A DNA stretch of 58,122 nucleotides from Gammaproteobacteria bacterium (GCA_047514485.1 JAKZYK010000057.1:1-58122); one strand, 5' to 3'; counted from the first letter of the stretch, positions 9,162-18,956 are shown. The notes: generated by a model from the letters alone, not told the origin. Numbers and translations: made by a program.

Positions 9162-11816
9162 TCACGGGTCGAGCGCCGCGCGGACGCTGCGGTACACCTC
9201 GCCGAGACGGGCGTCGGCCAGCGGCCGGTCATGGGCGTCGGTGACGTAGAAGACGTCTTCGGCGCGCTCTCCGAAGGTCGCGATTTTCGCGTGCCGGATG
9301 CGAACCCGGGCGTCGGCCAGCGCCCAGCCGACGCGCGCGAGAAGCCCTGGCCGATCCGCGGCGATGACCTCCATGACGGTATGCCGGTTCGATGCATCGC
9401 GCGTGAAGTTGACCTCCACCGGAATCGTGAAGTGCTTGAGCTGGCGCTTAGCGAGCCGGCGCACGGATCTCGGTACGTCGGCCGGCTTGCGCAGTCCGAG
9501 TCGCAGGGCGGTGCGGATCTCCTCATGGCGGGGGCCGCTCGCGGGCGACGCCGCGACATCTTCGACGACGTACGAATCGAGGGTCATGCCGTGATTCCCG
9601 GTCATGATCCTCGAATCGAGCACTGTGAGCCCCAGCCGCCCCAGAATCGAGGCGCTGGCCGCGAACAGGAACTTCCGATCCGGCGCGTAGACGAAGATCT
9701 CGGTGCCTCCGCGCCCGTCGCGGACGAGGACGAGGGGGATGTCGGCGGCGGTCGCGCCAAGGACGTTCGAGGTGTGCCAGAGGATCTCGTCCGCGGAGTG
9801 GCGCAGGAAGTAGCCGTCTCCGAAATTGTCCCACAGCGCCGCGGCCCGCTCCGTATCGATTCCGACCTCTGCCACGAGACGGCCGGCTTCGTCCCGGGTC
9901 TCGCGCGCAAGCTCGGCCCGCTCGATCGGATTATCGAGTCCTCGAATCAACGCGCGCACCGTCGATCGGTACAGATCGTGCAACAGGGCGTCCTTCCAGT
10001 CGTTCCACAGCCCGGGATTCGTGCCGCGGATATCCGCGATGGTGAGAAGGTAGAGGTAGTCGAGGTGGACGTGATCGCCGGCCGTCGCGGCGAACTCGGA
10101 CACCACCACGGGATCGCTGATGTCCCGGCGCTGGGCCGTGATCGACATCAACAGGTGATGTCGAACCAGCCACGCGACGAGCCTGCTGTCGTATTCGCTG
10201 AAGCCGTGCAGGGTGCAGAACTCGCGGACCAGATCGGAGCCGAGCTCGGAGTGGTCGCCGTTGCGGCCCTTGGCGATGTCGTGGAAGAGCCCCGCCACGT
10301 AGATGAGCTCCGGCTTGGGCAGACGCGCAAAGATGTCCGCGCAGTGGGGGAATTCGTGGTAACGCGCGGGGTCGGCGAACATTCTCAGGTTGCGGACCAC
10401 GAACAGGCTGTGCTCGTCGACGGTGTAGACATGGAACAGGTCGTACTGCATCTGACCCGCCACCTGGTCGAAGACGGGGAGATAGGCACCGAGGATTCCG
10501 TAGCGGTGCATCCGGCGCAGCTCGTGGTTGATGCCCCTCGGCTGGCGCAGGATCTCCAGGAAGAGGCTACGGGCGCGGATGTCGGCCCGGAACCGGTCAT
10601 CGATCCGGTGCCGATTCGCGCGGATGAGACGGATCGTCGACGCCCGCACTCCCTCGAGATCGGGATGCTGCTGCAACAGCAGAAACACCTCCAGCAGGGC
10701 GAACGGATAGCGGCGGAAGACGTCCTTGCGGGTGACCTCCACGTAGCCGTTGACGGCTTGAAAGCGCCGGTTGAGCGGCTTGATGCGATCGCGGCGGCGA
10801 ACGTGGAGAATCGCTTCCTCGAAGTGCTCGAGCAGCATCTCGTTCAAACGCGACAGCTCCATCACCTCGCGGTAATAGCGCTTCATCAGGCGCTCGACCC
10901 CGAGCCGGTCGCCGTCGTCCTCGAACCCCAGCACTCCTGCCAAGAGTCGTTGGTGATCGAACAGGAGCCGGTCTTCGGCGCGCCGGGTCAGGACGTGCAG
11001 GGCGAACCGCACCCGCCACAGGAACCGCCGGCCGTCTTCAAGGGCGCCGAGCTCTTCGGCGGTGAGAAATCCGTGATCGACGAGCCCGCCGAGCGTCTCT
11101 GCCCCGAAATGCCGCCTGGCGACCCAAGCGATCGTCTGGATGTCGCGCAGGCCGCCCGGACCCTCCTTGACGTTCGGCTCGAGGTTGTAGCCGGTGTCGT
11201 CGAATTTGTGATGGCGTGCGCGCTGCTCGATCACCTTGGCTTCGAAGAACCTCCGGCTCGACCAAATCCGCCTCGGTCCCGTTCGCTCGTGCATCCGTGC
11301 GAGCAGGCTCGCGGAACCGCACACGAGCCGGCCTTCCATGAGATTGGTCGCCACCGTGACGTCGCGCCTTGCCTCGTTCACGCATTCACGTACGGTCCGG
11401 ACGCTGTTTCCGACCGCCAGCCCGATGTCCCACAGGAACGCGAGGAAGCCCTTGACCTTCTCACTCTCACCACCGTGCATCGCCCTGTGAGTGAGGATGA
11501 GCAGATCGATGTCGGAGCCCGGGTGCAGCTCGCCACGGCCGTAGCCTCCGGCCGCGACGAGCGCACGGCGGGTGTGATCGTCGAGTCCGAACCGGCACCA
11601 GGCGAGCGTGAGGACGTCGTCGACGAACCGCGATCGGGCCTCGACGAGGGCGGTTACCGGCTCGCTTTGACGAAAACGTTCCTCGAGGCTCGACTGCGCC
11701 GCGGCAACGGCGTCGCGAATGCACGGCAGAGGCGCATGCGCATCGCGCGGGGCAACAAGCGGCGCGGCCGCCTTGTGGGGACGCTGCTCCTCGATCCGTA
11801 TGCGCCGGTCACTCAT
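9162..11816 (-). CDS. glnD: [Protein-PII] uridylyltransferase
   Basis: GGYGRGELHPGSDIDL, LEPNVKEGPGGLRD, HVYTVDEH, HDIAKGR, two C-terminal ACT domains. Start uncertain (11816-11879). Confidence 0.96.
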   Translation of the reverse strand: MSDRRIRIEEQRPHKAAAPLVAPRDAHAPLPCIRDAVAAAQSSLEERFRQSEPVTALVEARSRFVDDVLTLAWCRFGLDDHTRRALVAAGGYGRGELHPGSDIDLLILTHRAMHGGESEKVKGFLAFLWDIGLAVGNSVRTVRECVNEARRDVTVATNLMEGRLVCGSASLLARMHERTGPRRIWSSRRFFEAKVIEQRARHHKFDDTGYNLEPNVKEGPGGLRDIQTIAWVARRHFGAETLGGLVDHGFLTAEELGALEDGRRFLWRVRFALHVLTRRAEDRLLFDHQRLLAGVLGFEDDGDRLGVERLMKRYYREVMELSRLNEMLLEHFEEAILHVRRRDRIKPLNRRFQAVNGYVEVTRKDVFRRYPFALLEVFLLLQQHPDLEGVRASTIRLIRANRHRIDDRFRADIRARSLFLEILRQPRGINHELRRMHRYGILGAYLPVFDQVAGQMQYDLFHVYTVDEHSLFVVRNLRMFADPARYHEFPHCADIFARLPKPELIYVAGLFHDIAKGRNGDHSELGSDLVREFCTLHGFSEYDSRLVAWLVRHHLLMSITAQRRDISDPVVVSEFAATAGDHVHLDYLYLLTIADIRGTNPGLWNDWKDALLHDLYRSTVRALIRGLDNPIERAELARETRDEAGRLVAEVGIDTERAAALWDNFGDGYFLRHSADEILWHTSNVLGATAADIPLVLVRDGRGGTEIFVYAPDRKFLFAASASILGRLGLTVLDSRIMTGNHGMTLDSYVVEDVAASPASGPRHEEIRTALRLGLRKPADVPRSVRRLAKRQLKHFTIPVEVNFTRDASNRHTVMEVIAADRPGLLARVGWALADARVRIRHAKIATFGERAEDVFYVTDAHDRPLADARLGEVYRSVRAALDP

Positions 11817-11962
11817 CAGCCCAGCGCTCGTGCGCGTTCGCAAGACCGCCGCTCGAAGAACCTCGACAACTGTGCGCAAGCGTGATTCACCTGTCCATCA
11901 CCGATGCACTCGATTCCCGGCGGGTGCCGGCTGGCGAGCGGAGCGGATTCGTGCTCGACCGT

Positions 11963-12433
11963 TCAGCGAGCGCGCAGTAGTCTCGCACGCTCGCGCTCCC
12001 AGTCACGATCCTTGTCCGCTGCACGCTTGTCGTGCTGTTTCTTGCCGCGGGCCGTCGCGAGAAGGACCTTCGCGCGGCCCCGCGTCCAATGCATGTCCAG
12101 GGCGATCAGGGTGTAGCCGCGCCGCTCGACGGCGCCGATGAGCCGGGTGATCTCGTCGCGTTTCATCAACAGCTTCCGGTCGCGCACCGGCTTCGCGGTG
12201 ACGTGGGTCGAGACGGTGTCGAGCGGGGTGATGTGCGCTCCGAGGAGCCAGAGCTCACCGTTTCGGACCGCGGCGAAGCTGTCGCGAAGCTGGAGGCGCC
12301 CGTCACGGAGGCTCTTCACCTCCCAGCCCTCGAGCGCGATCCCCGCCTCGAACGTGTCCTCTATCGCGTAGTCGTGCCGCGCCTTGCGATTCCGGGCGAT
12401 GGCGTTCGACGGCGGGCTTTTCTTTCTGGCCAT
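11963..12433 (-). CDS. smpB: SsrA-binding protein
   Basis: NRKARHDY, EAGIALEGWEVKSLR, RKLL, GKKQHDKR. Confidence 0.97.
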   Translation of the reverse strand: MARKKSPPSNAIARNRKARHDYAIEDTFEAGIALEGWEVKSLRDGRLQLRDSFAAVRNGELWLLGAHITPLDTVSTHVTAKPVRDRKLLMKRDEITRLIGAVERRGYTLIALDMHWTRGRAKVLLATARGKKQHDKRAADKDRDWERERARLLRAR

Positions 12434-12766
12434 TGTCCGAGGGCTGAGGGGGGGAAGGACCGCGTATGTTACCCGTGGCGTCGCCGGTGTTGCGCGGGGC
12501 GAGGGTGCGCAGCGGTCAAGGGCCACGATCCAGGGCCGCGATCAAGGGCAAGAGCCGCGTATGCTACTCTGCCGGGCAAGGCTGGCGAGAACGCGCCGTC
12601 GTGCGGAGGCTTCGACCGCGCTCCTTCTCCCCTCCTTCTTCTCCGTCCCTCCCATGGCGGAGGAGGAGGGCGGCTCCGGGCGCCGGCAGAGCGGGATTCG
12701 GAGCCGTTGACCGCCATGCATGATGTCGACCCGGGCACGACACGAGACACTCCATCGAAATCGAAG

Positions 12767-13204
12767 ATGCCGCGAATTCTCCGTTCCGCCGATGTCCCGT
12801 TCCCTGCGCCGGACATGTTCAGCCTCGTCGCCGACATCGAGCGCTACCCGCGATTTCTTCCCTGGTGCCGATCCGCGACGGTGCATGCCCGCACCCCGAC
12901 GGTGGTGACCGCGAGCCTCGAAATCGCACGCGGACCCTTCAGGAAATCGTTCACGACCCGCAACCGGATGGTGGATTCGGAGCGTATCGAAATCGAGCTG
13001 GTCGATGGACCGTTCTCCCATCTCGACGGCTATTGGTCGTTCGATGAGACGGCGGCACGAAGCTGCAAAGTAGGGTTCGAGATGCGGTTCGAGGTATCGA
13101 ATCGAGTGCTCGCGCGGGTGCTGGCGCCACTGTTCGAGGAGATTGCGAGAACCATGGTGGACGCATTCTGCCGGCGTGCCCATCAGGTGTACGGCTCGCG
13201 CTGA
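12767..13204 (+). CDS. ratA: RatA/PasT (Coq10/START-like) protein
   Basis: LVADIERYPRFLPWC, LVDGPFSHLDGYWSF, MVDAFCRRA; divergent from smpB. Confidence 0.9.
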   Translation: MPRILRSADVPFPAPDMFSLVADIERYPRFLPWCRSATVHARTPTVVTASLEIARGPFRKSFTTRNRMVDSERIEIELVDGPFSHLDGYWSFDETAARSCKVGFEMRFEVSNRVLARVLAPLFEEIARTMVDAFCRRAHQVYGSR

Positions 13205-13208
13205 GAAG

Positions 13209-13508
13209 ATGCGCATCGAGGTGGCCTACGCCGAACCGACCCGCGAGGTTCTGATCGGCTTCGACGTGCGCCACGGCTGCTCCGTGCTCGACTGCGTCGA
13301 GCGCTCGGGTCTGTTCCATCTGGTGCCGGGGCTGCGTCACGCCCCGCTCGGATATGCGGTGTTCGGTCGCCGCGTCGAGCCGGTCGACACGGTGTCGGAG
13401 GGCGACCGTATCGAAGTGTTGCGTCCCCTCGAGATCGATCCGAAAGAAGCACGCCGCTCGCGTGCACGCCGCTCGGGCGGCGAACGGCCGGACGCGGCGC
13501 GAGGCTGA
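13209..13508 (+). CDS. rnfH: RnfH/RatB ubiquitin-like protein
   Basis: MRIEVAYA...GDRIEVLRPLEIDPKEARR; follows ratA. Confidence 0.9.
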   Translation: MRIEVAYAEPTREVLIGFDVRHGCSVLDCVERSGLFHLVPGLRHAPLGYAVFGRRVEPVDTVSEGDRIEVLRPLEIDPKEARRSRARRSGGERPDAARG

Positions 13509-13576
13509 TCCGCCGCGGTTTCCGCCGTGAGTCCCTGATCCGCACCGGACGGGACGGTGGTTGAAGCTTCCGTAGC

Positions 13577-14128
13577 CTACTCCGCAGGCGGCTGCGCGCC
13601 GCCTGCGGCGGCAGCGCTCGCCGGCTCGTCGTCCCGTTTGAGGAAGTCCGGGGTGAGCTTGTCCAGGATCCCCTCACGAGCTCGGCGTTTCGGTACCTTG
13701 ACCAGAGTCTGGGTACGCTCCGCCGCCCCCGGCACCCCCCCTGGCTGGAGATGGCCATCGATGCGGGCAAGCCGATCGCCGGCGAAATACACGGATACAC
13801 GCTGCGTCACCTCCGGTCCGGAGCCCGGGCGGAGCATGTAGACGTAGTCCCATCGATCCTGATTGAACGGATCGACAAGAAGCGGCGTCCCCAGGATGAA
13901 ACGCACCTTGCGCCGCTCCATCCCGATTTCGAGTTGGTCCAGCACCTCCTGATCGACGATGTTGCCCTGCTGGATGTCGATGCGATAGACGCCCGGTATT
14001 CCGGGAAGCTCCGGCATTGCAGGCATCTCGCATCCGCCGTTGACCCCGGCCGTGATCATCAGCCCGAGCGCGGCGGCCTTCGGTGAGAGCCGCCTCGATC
14101 GCGAGGCGGTGTTTTCGTCATGGTCCAT
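13577..14128 (-). CDS. bamE: Outer membrane protein assembly lipoprotein BamE
   Basis: Lipoprotein-like Cys, YRIDIQQGN, GMERRKVRFILGTPLLVDPF..RWDY. Confidence 0.9.
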   Translation of the reverse strand: MDHDENTASRSRRLSPKAAALGLMITAGVNGGCEMPAMPELPGIPGVYRIDIQQGNIVDQEVLDQLEIGMERRKVRFILGTPLLVDPFNQDRWDYVYMLRPGSGPEVTQRVSVYFAGDRLARIDGHLQPGGVPGAAERTQTLVKVPKRRAREGILDKLTPDFLKRDDEPASAAAAGGAQPPAE

Positions 14129-15791
14129 CGAGCATCTCCCTCGCATGGGCGATCGTCTTCGACGTGATCCTCTCTCCCCCGAGCATCCGGGCGATCTCCT
14201 CGATCCGGCCCTCGCCGCACACCGGCGCTACGCCGACACCGGGAGTCCCGTCGCGTCCGAGAGACTTCCGGACGACGGCATGATGGTGAGCCCGGGAAGC
14301 GACCTGGGCAAGGTGAGTCACACATAATATCTGATGCGACTCCCCCAGCGCGCGCAACTGCCGGCCGACGATCTCCGCCACCCGGCCCCCGATACCGACG
14401 TCGGCCTCGTCGAAGACGAGCGTGGGCACCGCCGATCCGTGCACGCTCGATACCTGGATCGCGAGGGAGATTCGAGACAGCTCACCCCCCGATGCGACCT
14501 TCGAGAGAGGGCGTGCGGGCTGGCCGGGACCCGCGCTCACGATGAACTCCACCCGGTCCGCACCGCTTCGCGAGAGGAGGGTGGTGTCCGCCGCCCGGAC
14601 GTCGACCGCGAAGCTCGCTGCGGGCATGCCCAGCTCTCGCATATTCTCCGTGACCTGTTGCGCGAACCGGCCGGCGGCTTTTCGGCGCAGCGTCGTGAGC
14701 CGAGCGCACAGGGTGCGGTGCACTTCCTCTGCGCTCGCTACCCCCTGCTCGATCTCGAGGGTTCGCTGTTCGCTCGATGCGAGCAAGGCGACCCGCTCGC
14801 GCAATTGCTCGGTCTGCGCGGGTAGCTCCCTTGGTGAGACGCGGTGCTTGCGGGCGAGATCGTGAATGGCCCCGAGGCGGCGCTCCACCTCGAAGAGCCG
14901 CTCGGGGTCGAGGTCGAGCGCCTCCGTCACGGTGCGGAGCGAGGCGCTCGCCTCGGCTGCGTTGATCGCCGCGGCTTCGATCAGATCCAGGACTTCGTTG
15001 GCGCGCGGGTCGTGACGCGCCACCACTTCGAGGTCACGGCGGGCGCCGGCGAATGCGCTCGCCGCCGATTGGGCGTGATCGCCGTCGAGCCGATCGAGAG
15101 CCCGGCGGCAGCCGTCGAGGATCGTCTCCGCGTTCGCGAGCCGGCGCTGGTCGGCCGCGAGTCGCTCGGGTTCATCGGTGTCGAGCCCCAACCCGTCGAG
15201 CTCATCGAGCTGGAAGCGAAGGAGGTCGAGCCGGGACGCACGGTCCTCGCCGTCCGCGATGATCCCGTCGAGCTCACGCCGGAGCGCCCGCCACCGCTCG
15301 GCCGTCTCCGCGACTTGCTCGAGCAGCGCGTGATGATCGCCGAAGTCGTCGACGAGGAGCCGCTGGCGATCCTGGTTGAGCAGCAGGTGATGCGCGTGCT
15401 GGCCGTGGATGTCGACGAGGTGCTCACCGAGATCGCGCAGCAGGTGCGCGGGCATCGGACGATCGTTGACGAACGCGCGCGATCGGCTCCCGGGGCCGAT
15501 TACCCGCCGCACGATGCACTCGCCCGAGCCGTCGTCGAGCTCGCGATCGGCGAGCCACGCCCGGGCCGATGCGTTCGGTTCCGTTTCGAACACGCCGCAG
15601 ACCTCGGCCCGCTCGGCCCCGGCGCGGATCATGTCCGCGTTGGCCCGCGCGCCGAGAAGCAACCCCAGCGCGTCGACGACGATGGACTTCCCCGCGCCCG
15701 TCTCGCCGGTGAGCGCGGTCATCCCCGGTGAGCAGTCGAGCTCGAGATTGTCGATGACCGCGAGGGATCGGATCGTCAGGTGCGAGAGCAT
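14118..15791 (-). CDS. recN: DNA repair protein RecN
   Basis: TGETGAGKS, IHGQH, ASGGELSRI, FDEADVGIGG, CVTHLAQVA. Confidence 0.97.
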   Translation of the reverse strand: MLSHLTIRSLAVIDNLELDCSPGMTALTGETGAGKSIVVDALGLLLGARANADMIRAGAERAEVCGVFETEPNASARAWLADRELDDGSGECIVRRVIGPGSRSRAFVNDRPMPAHLLRDLGEHLVDIHGQHAHHLLLNQDRQRLLVDDFGDHHALLEQVAETAERWRALRRELDGIIADGEDRASRLDLLRFQLDELDGLGLDTDEPERLAADQRRLANAETILDGCRRALDRLDGDHAQSAASAFAGARRDLEVVARHDPRANEVLDLIEAAAINAAEASASLRTVTEALDLDPERLFEVERRLGAIHDLARKHRVSPRELPAQTEQLRERVALLASSEQRTLEIEQGVASAEEVHRTLCARLTTLRRKAAGRFAQQVTENMRELGMPAASFAVDVRAADTTLLSRSGADRVEFIVSAGPGQPARPLSKVASGGELSRISLAIQVSSVHGSAVPTLVFDEADVGIGGRVAEIVGRQLRALGESHQILCVTHLAQVASRAHHHAVVRKSLGRDGTPGVGVAPVCGEGRIEEIARMLGGERITSKTIAHAREMLDGP

Positions 15792-15806
15792 GCCGAACGC
15801 CGTCTC

Positions 15807-16676
15807 TTAGAGTCCCTTCCCCCAGTGCAGCTTCGCTCTCAGTGTCGCGTAGTATTCGTGACCGGCGGGGTGAATGAGATGTAGGTCGGGATGGCGCTTG
15901 CGGATCGAGATGCGGTCGCCGGCCGCGAGTTCCACCGTCGTCTGGCCGTCGCATGAGAGCTGCACGCTGGTCTCGGCATCGTCTCCGAGCACGACTTCGA
16001 CGACGCTCCCGCCACCGACCACGACCGGACGGCTCGACAGCGTATGCGGGCAGATTGGAACCAGCACGATCGCATCGAGCGACGGGTGCAGGATGGGTCC
16101 TCCTCCGGACAGTGCGTACGCGGTCGACCCGGTCGGCGTCGCGACGATCAACCCGTCCGATCGCTGGCTGTTCACGAGGTGACCGTCGATGTACGTCTCG
16201 AACTCCACGAGCCGAGCCATGCTGCTCTTGTGGGTGACCGCTTCGTTCAGAGCGGATTCCGAGAAGACGCGTTCGGCGCCCCGTTCGACGGCCACGTCGA
16301 GCAGGAAGCGCCGTTCCTCGATGAAGTCGCCGTCGAGGATCTCGTTCAGCCGGACCGACATCTCGTCCGGCATGATGTCCGCGAGGAAGCCGAGGCGGCC
16401 GAGGTTCACGCCGAGCAGCGGCACCTCCTGATCGACCAGGGAGCGGGCCGCGCTCAGGAACGTCCCGTCACCGGCGACCACTACAACGAGGTCGCATCGC
16501 TGTCCGAGCGCCTCACGTGCCACGGTAGGTAAGCCGCGGCCGGGATATGCGCTGCAGCTCTGCTCGTCGAGCACGACGGCCAACCCGCGGGCGCGCAACA
16601 TGCCGATCAGCCGGCCCAGCGTCTCACCCACCCGCGGATCGCCGTGCTTCGCGATGAGGCCGATGGTTCGGAACAT
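15807..16676 (-). CDS. nadK: NAD+ kinase
   Basis: GDGTFL, GVNLGRLGFL, LNE, DGLIVATPTGSTAYALSGGGP. Start 16676 or up to 16757. Confidence 0.96.
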   Translation of the reverse strand: MFRTIGLIAKHGDPRVGETLGRLIGMLRARGLAVVLDEQSCSAYPGRGLPTVAREALGQRCDLVVVVAGDGTFLSAARSLVDQEVPLLGVNLGRLGFLADIMPDEMSVRLNEILDGDFIEERRFLLDVAVERGAERVFSESALNEAVTHKSSMARLVEFETYIDGHLVNSQRSDGLIVATPTGSTAYALSGGGPILHPSLDAIVLVPICPHTLSSRPVVVGGGSVVEVVLGDDAETSVQLSCDGQTTVELAAGDRISIRKRHPDLHLIHPAGHEYYATLRAKLHWGKGL

Positions 16677-16794
16677 TGGGCGATTCAGGGTCTGCGCGTG
16701 CTCGGTGGCGACGCCGGGCCGAGGGGGGGTTGGTGACGACATCGGAGACAGTATCATGAGCGCTCCGGCGGGCGCGAGCAGGCGGCGTTTGCGT

Positions 16795-16824
16795 TTTGCA
16801 CTGCCACGGGCCGGATGCTAGCCT
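16795..16824 (+). promoter_or_regulatory. Putative sigma70 promoter for hrcA overlapping a degenerate CIRCE-like inverted repeat
   Basis: TTGCAC(16796)-N17-TAGCCT(16819) with TG extension. The same bases read TTTGCACTG-N9-GGATGCTAG versus CIRCE TTAGCACTC-N9-GAGTGCTAA (7/9 and 6/9). Confidence 0.5.
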
Positions 16825-17076
16825 GCCGGCCTCATCGGTTCGCGAAGCGAGGACGTGGAGATGGCGGTAGCTCTCCGAGGCAAATGCGAATCAGGACGCG
16901 AGCCGGAGGAAGACGGGCTCGCCGTCCACGCAGGGCCTGCCCTTCAGGCAGACGGCCCGGATCGCCCGCCGTCTCCGGTTCCGCCTCCGGTCGTGAGCGG
17001 GTAAGAGATGCAGGCCAAGTCTCCCCACGGCCGGCCATCCGTGCTTCGAGACACGGGATCCTCGACACCGGAGGGC

Positions 17077-18108
17077 ATGCTGAGCGAGCGCGCCCAACAT
17101 CTCTTCCGGGTACTCGTACAGCGTTACATCGGCAGCGGTCAACCGGTCGGCTCTCGTACCCTGTCTCGCGATTCAGGGCTCGACCTGAGCCCCGCGACGG
17201 TGCGCAACGTCATGGCGGATCTGGAGGACCTCGGCCTGCTGCGTTCGCCGCATATCTCCGCCGGCCGCATTCCCACCGTCCAGGGGTATCGGTTCTTCGT
17301 CGACAGCCTGCTCAAAGTCGCGCCGGTCAACCACAACGAGCTCGAGCACCTGCGGTCGCAGCTCGAGATCAAGGGTGAGCGCGAGCCGCTGATGGACGCT
17401 GCGACGTCGCTCATCTCAGATGTGACTCACATGGCCGGGGTCGTGACGCTGCCGAAGCAGGAGCGGCTGATCCTGCGTCACGTCGAGTTCCTCGCGCTCT
17501 CGCCGGAACGCGTGCTGGTCATCCTCGTCGTCAACCGCTCCGATGTCCAGAATCGAGTCATCCACCTCGGCCGGCCATATTCAAAGGCGGTGCTGCAGCA
17601 GGTCGGCAACTATCTGAATGAAGTGTGCGCGGGCAAGGATCTGCTGGACGTGCGCGCATCGTTGCTCGCGGAACTCAAGGAACACCGTTCGAGCCTCAAC
17701 GAGCTGATGCTCACGGCAGTCGAAATGGCGGACAAGGCGTTCGTGAGGGACCCCGGCGGTGAAGAGGCGCTCCTCGTCTCCGGACAGACGAATCTCATGG
17801 AGTACGGAGAGCTCGCCGACATGGAGAAGCTCCGGCATCTGTTCGAGGCGTTTCGCGAGAAGACGGAACTGCTCCACATCCTCGATCAGTGCCTGCGCGC
17901 GGACGGCCTCCAGATTTTCATCGGGGAAGAATCCGGCTTCGAGGTGCTCGACGGCTGCAGCGTCATCACCGCACCGTACGAGCGCGAAGGCGAGGTGCTG
18001 GGGGTGCTGGGGGTCATCGGCCCGACCCGTATGGCCTATGACCGTGTGATCCCCATCGTCGACGTCACCGCGCGCCTGCTCGGCGCCGCCTTGAATCAGC
18101 ACCACTGA
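17077..18108 (+). CDS. hrcA: Heat-inducible transcription repressor
   Basis: YIGSGQPVGSRTL, SPATVRNVMADLE, SAGRIPT, GVIGPTRMAY. Confidence 0.97.
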   Translation: MLSERAQHLFRVLVQRYIGSGQPVGSRTLSRDSGLDLSPATVRNVMADLEDLGLLRSPHISAGRIPTVQGYRFFVDSLLKVAPVNHNELEHLRSQLEIKGEREPLMDAATSLISDVTHMAGVVTLPKQERLILRHVEFLALSPERVLVILVVNRSDVQNRVIHLGRPYSKAVLQQVGNYLNEVCAGKDLLDVRASLLAELKEHRSSLNELMLTAVEMADKAFVRDPGGEEALLVSGQTNLMEYGELADMEKLRHLFEAFREKTELLHILDQCLRADGLQIFIGEESGFEVLDGCSVITAPYEREGEVLGVLGVIGPTRMAYDRVIPIVDVTARLLGAALNQHH

Positions 18109-18118
18109 CTCCCAATAT
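18090..18118 (+). promoter_or_regulatory. Putative sigma32 promoter for grpE (overlaps hrcA 3' end)
   Basis: CTTGAA-N15-CCCAATAT versus consensus CTTGAA-N13-17-CCCCATNT. Confidence 0.65.
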
Positions 18119-18224
18119 TCCCGCTCGCCGCTAGCCGTATGGCGCACCGGGCGTACCCGGTCGAGCGGCTATTTGCGAGCACGCCGCGGCGATGGCCACG
18201 GGCAGGACCGAATGGGAGAGAGGG

Positions 18225-18917
18225 ATGGCGAAAGAGGGGCGCGAGGAGGAGGGAGCGGCCGAGGCGACGGGCGACGAGACCGCCGTCCGGGGGGCCGGAA
18301 CGACGAGCGACGAGACCGCCGTCCGGGAGGCCGGGACGACGGGCGACGAGACCGCCGTCCGGGAGGCCGAAACGACGGGCGACGAGGCCGCTACCCGGGA
18401 GGCTGAGGCGACGGGCGACCCGCAAGCCTGGCCCGAGCAACCCGAGACACCAGCCGGGAGCCTCGAGGATGAGCTGGCCGAGGCACGGCGTGCGGCGCAG
18501 GAGAATCTGGATCGGGCGCTGCGTGCCCAGGCCGAGCTCGAGAACGTGCGTCGGCGCGTGGAGCGCGACCTGCAGAACGCCCACAAGTTCGCCCTCGAGC
18601 GGTTCGTCTCCGAGCTGCTCCCGGTCAAGGACAGCCTCGAGCTCGGGCTCGCGGCCTCGACCGAGAAGGGAGCGAGCGCCGAAAGTATCGCGGAGGGCGC
18701 CGAGCTGACCCTGCGCATGCTCGAGCAGGCGATGGAGAAGTTCGGGGTCAGGGCCGTGGATCCGGCCGGCGAGCCCTTCAATCCCGAATTCCACCAGGCG
18801 ATGACCATGCAGGAGAGCGACACCGCCGAGCCGGGCACGGTGCTCACCGTCGTGCAGAAGGGCTACCTGCTCAACGAGCGTCTCGTGCGTCCGGCGATGG
18901 TCATCGTCGCGAAGTAG
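18225..18917 (+). CDS. grpE: Nucleotide exchange factor GrpE with repeat-expanded N-terminus
   Basis: [47 protein letters not shown]. Confidence 0.96.
   Translation: MAKEGREEEGAAEATGDETAVRGAGTTSDETAVREAGTTGDETAVREAETTGDEAATREAEATGDPQAWPEQPETPAGSLEDELAEARRAAQENLDRALRAQAELENVRRRVERDLQNAHKFALERFVSELLPVKDSLELGLAASTEKGASAESIAEGAELTLRMLEQAMEKFGVRAVDPAGEPFNPEFHQAMTMQESDTAEPGTVLTVVQKGYLLNERLVRPAMVIVAK
18256..18419 (+). repeat. 36-bp in-frame tandem repeat (~4.5 copies) in grpE
   Basis: Units CGACG(G/A)GCGACGAG.CCGC...CCGGG.GGC start at 18265, 18301, 18337, 18373, 18409; peptide ~[12 protein letters not shown]. Confidence 0.92.
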
Positions 18918-18929
18918 GCACGGCCGGGG

Positions 18930-18956
18930 TTGAAAGACCGGCAGCGGACCCAATAT
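18930..18956 (+). promoter_or_regulatory. Putative sigma32 promoter for dnaK
   Basis: TTGAAA-N13-CCCAATAT; same -10 element as upstream of grpE. Confidence 0.7.

Noticed and set aside
9231-11885. 884-aa plus-strand ORF opposite glnD (likewise 19031-20743, 24155-26014, 26036-27649, 31399-32889 and many other long overlapping ORFs)
   Set aside because: Antisense or alternate-frame shadows of well-supported genes, expected from high-GC codon bias; no motifs of their own.
11880-11962. ssrA (tmRNA) expected downstream of smpB
   Set aside because: Spacer too short and no tmRNA termini; ssrA must lie elsewhere.
12767-13508. ratA-rnfH as a toxin-antitoxin/defence system
   Set aside because: Conserved housekeeping pair beside smpB; RatA is a Coq10-like ubiquinone-related protein.
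16878-16906. c-di-GMP-I riboswitch call for the hrcA leader
   Set aside because: P2 stem too short, no GNRA tetraloop or receptor; kept only as an unnamed structure.
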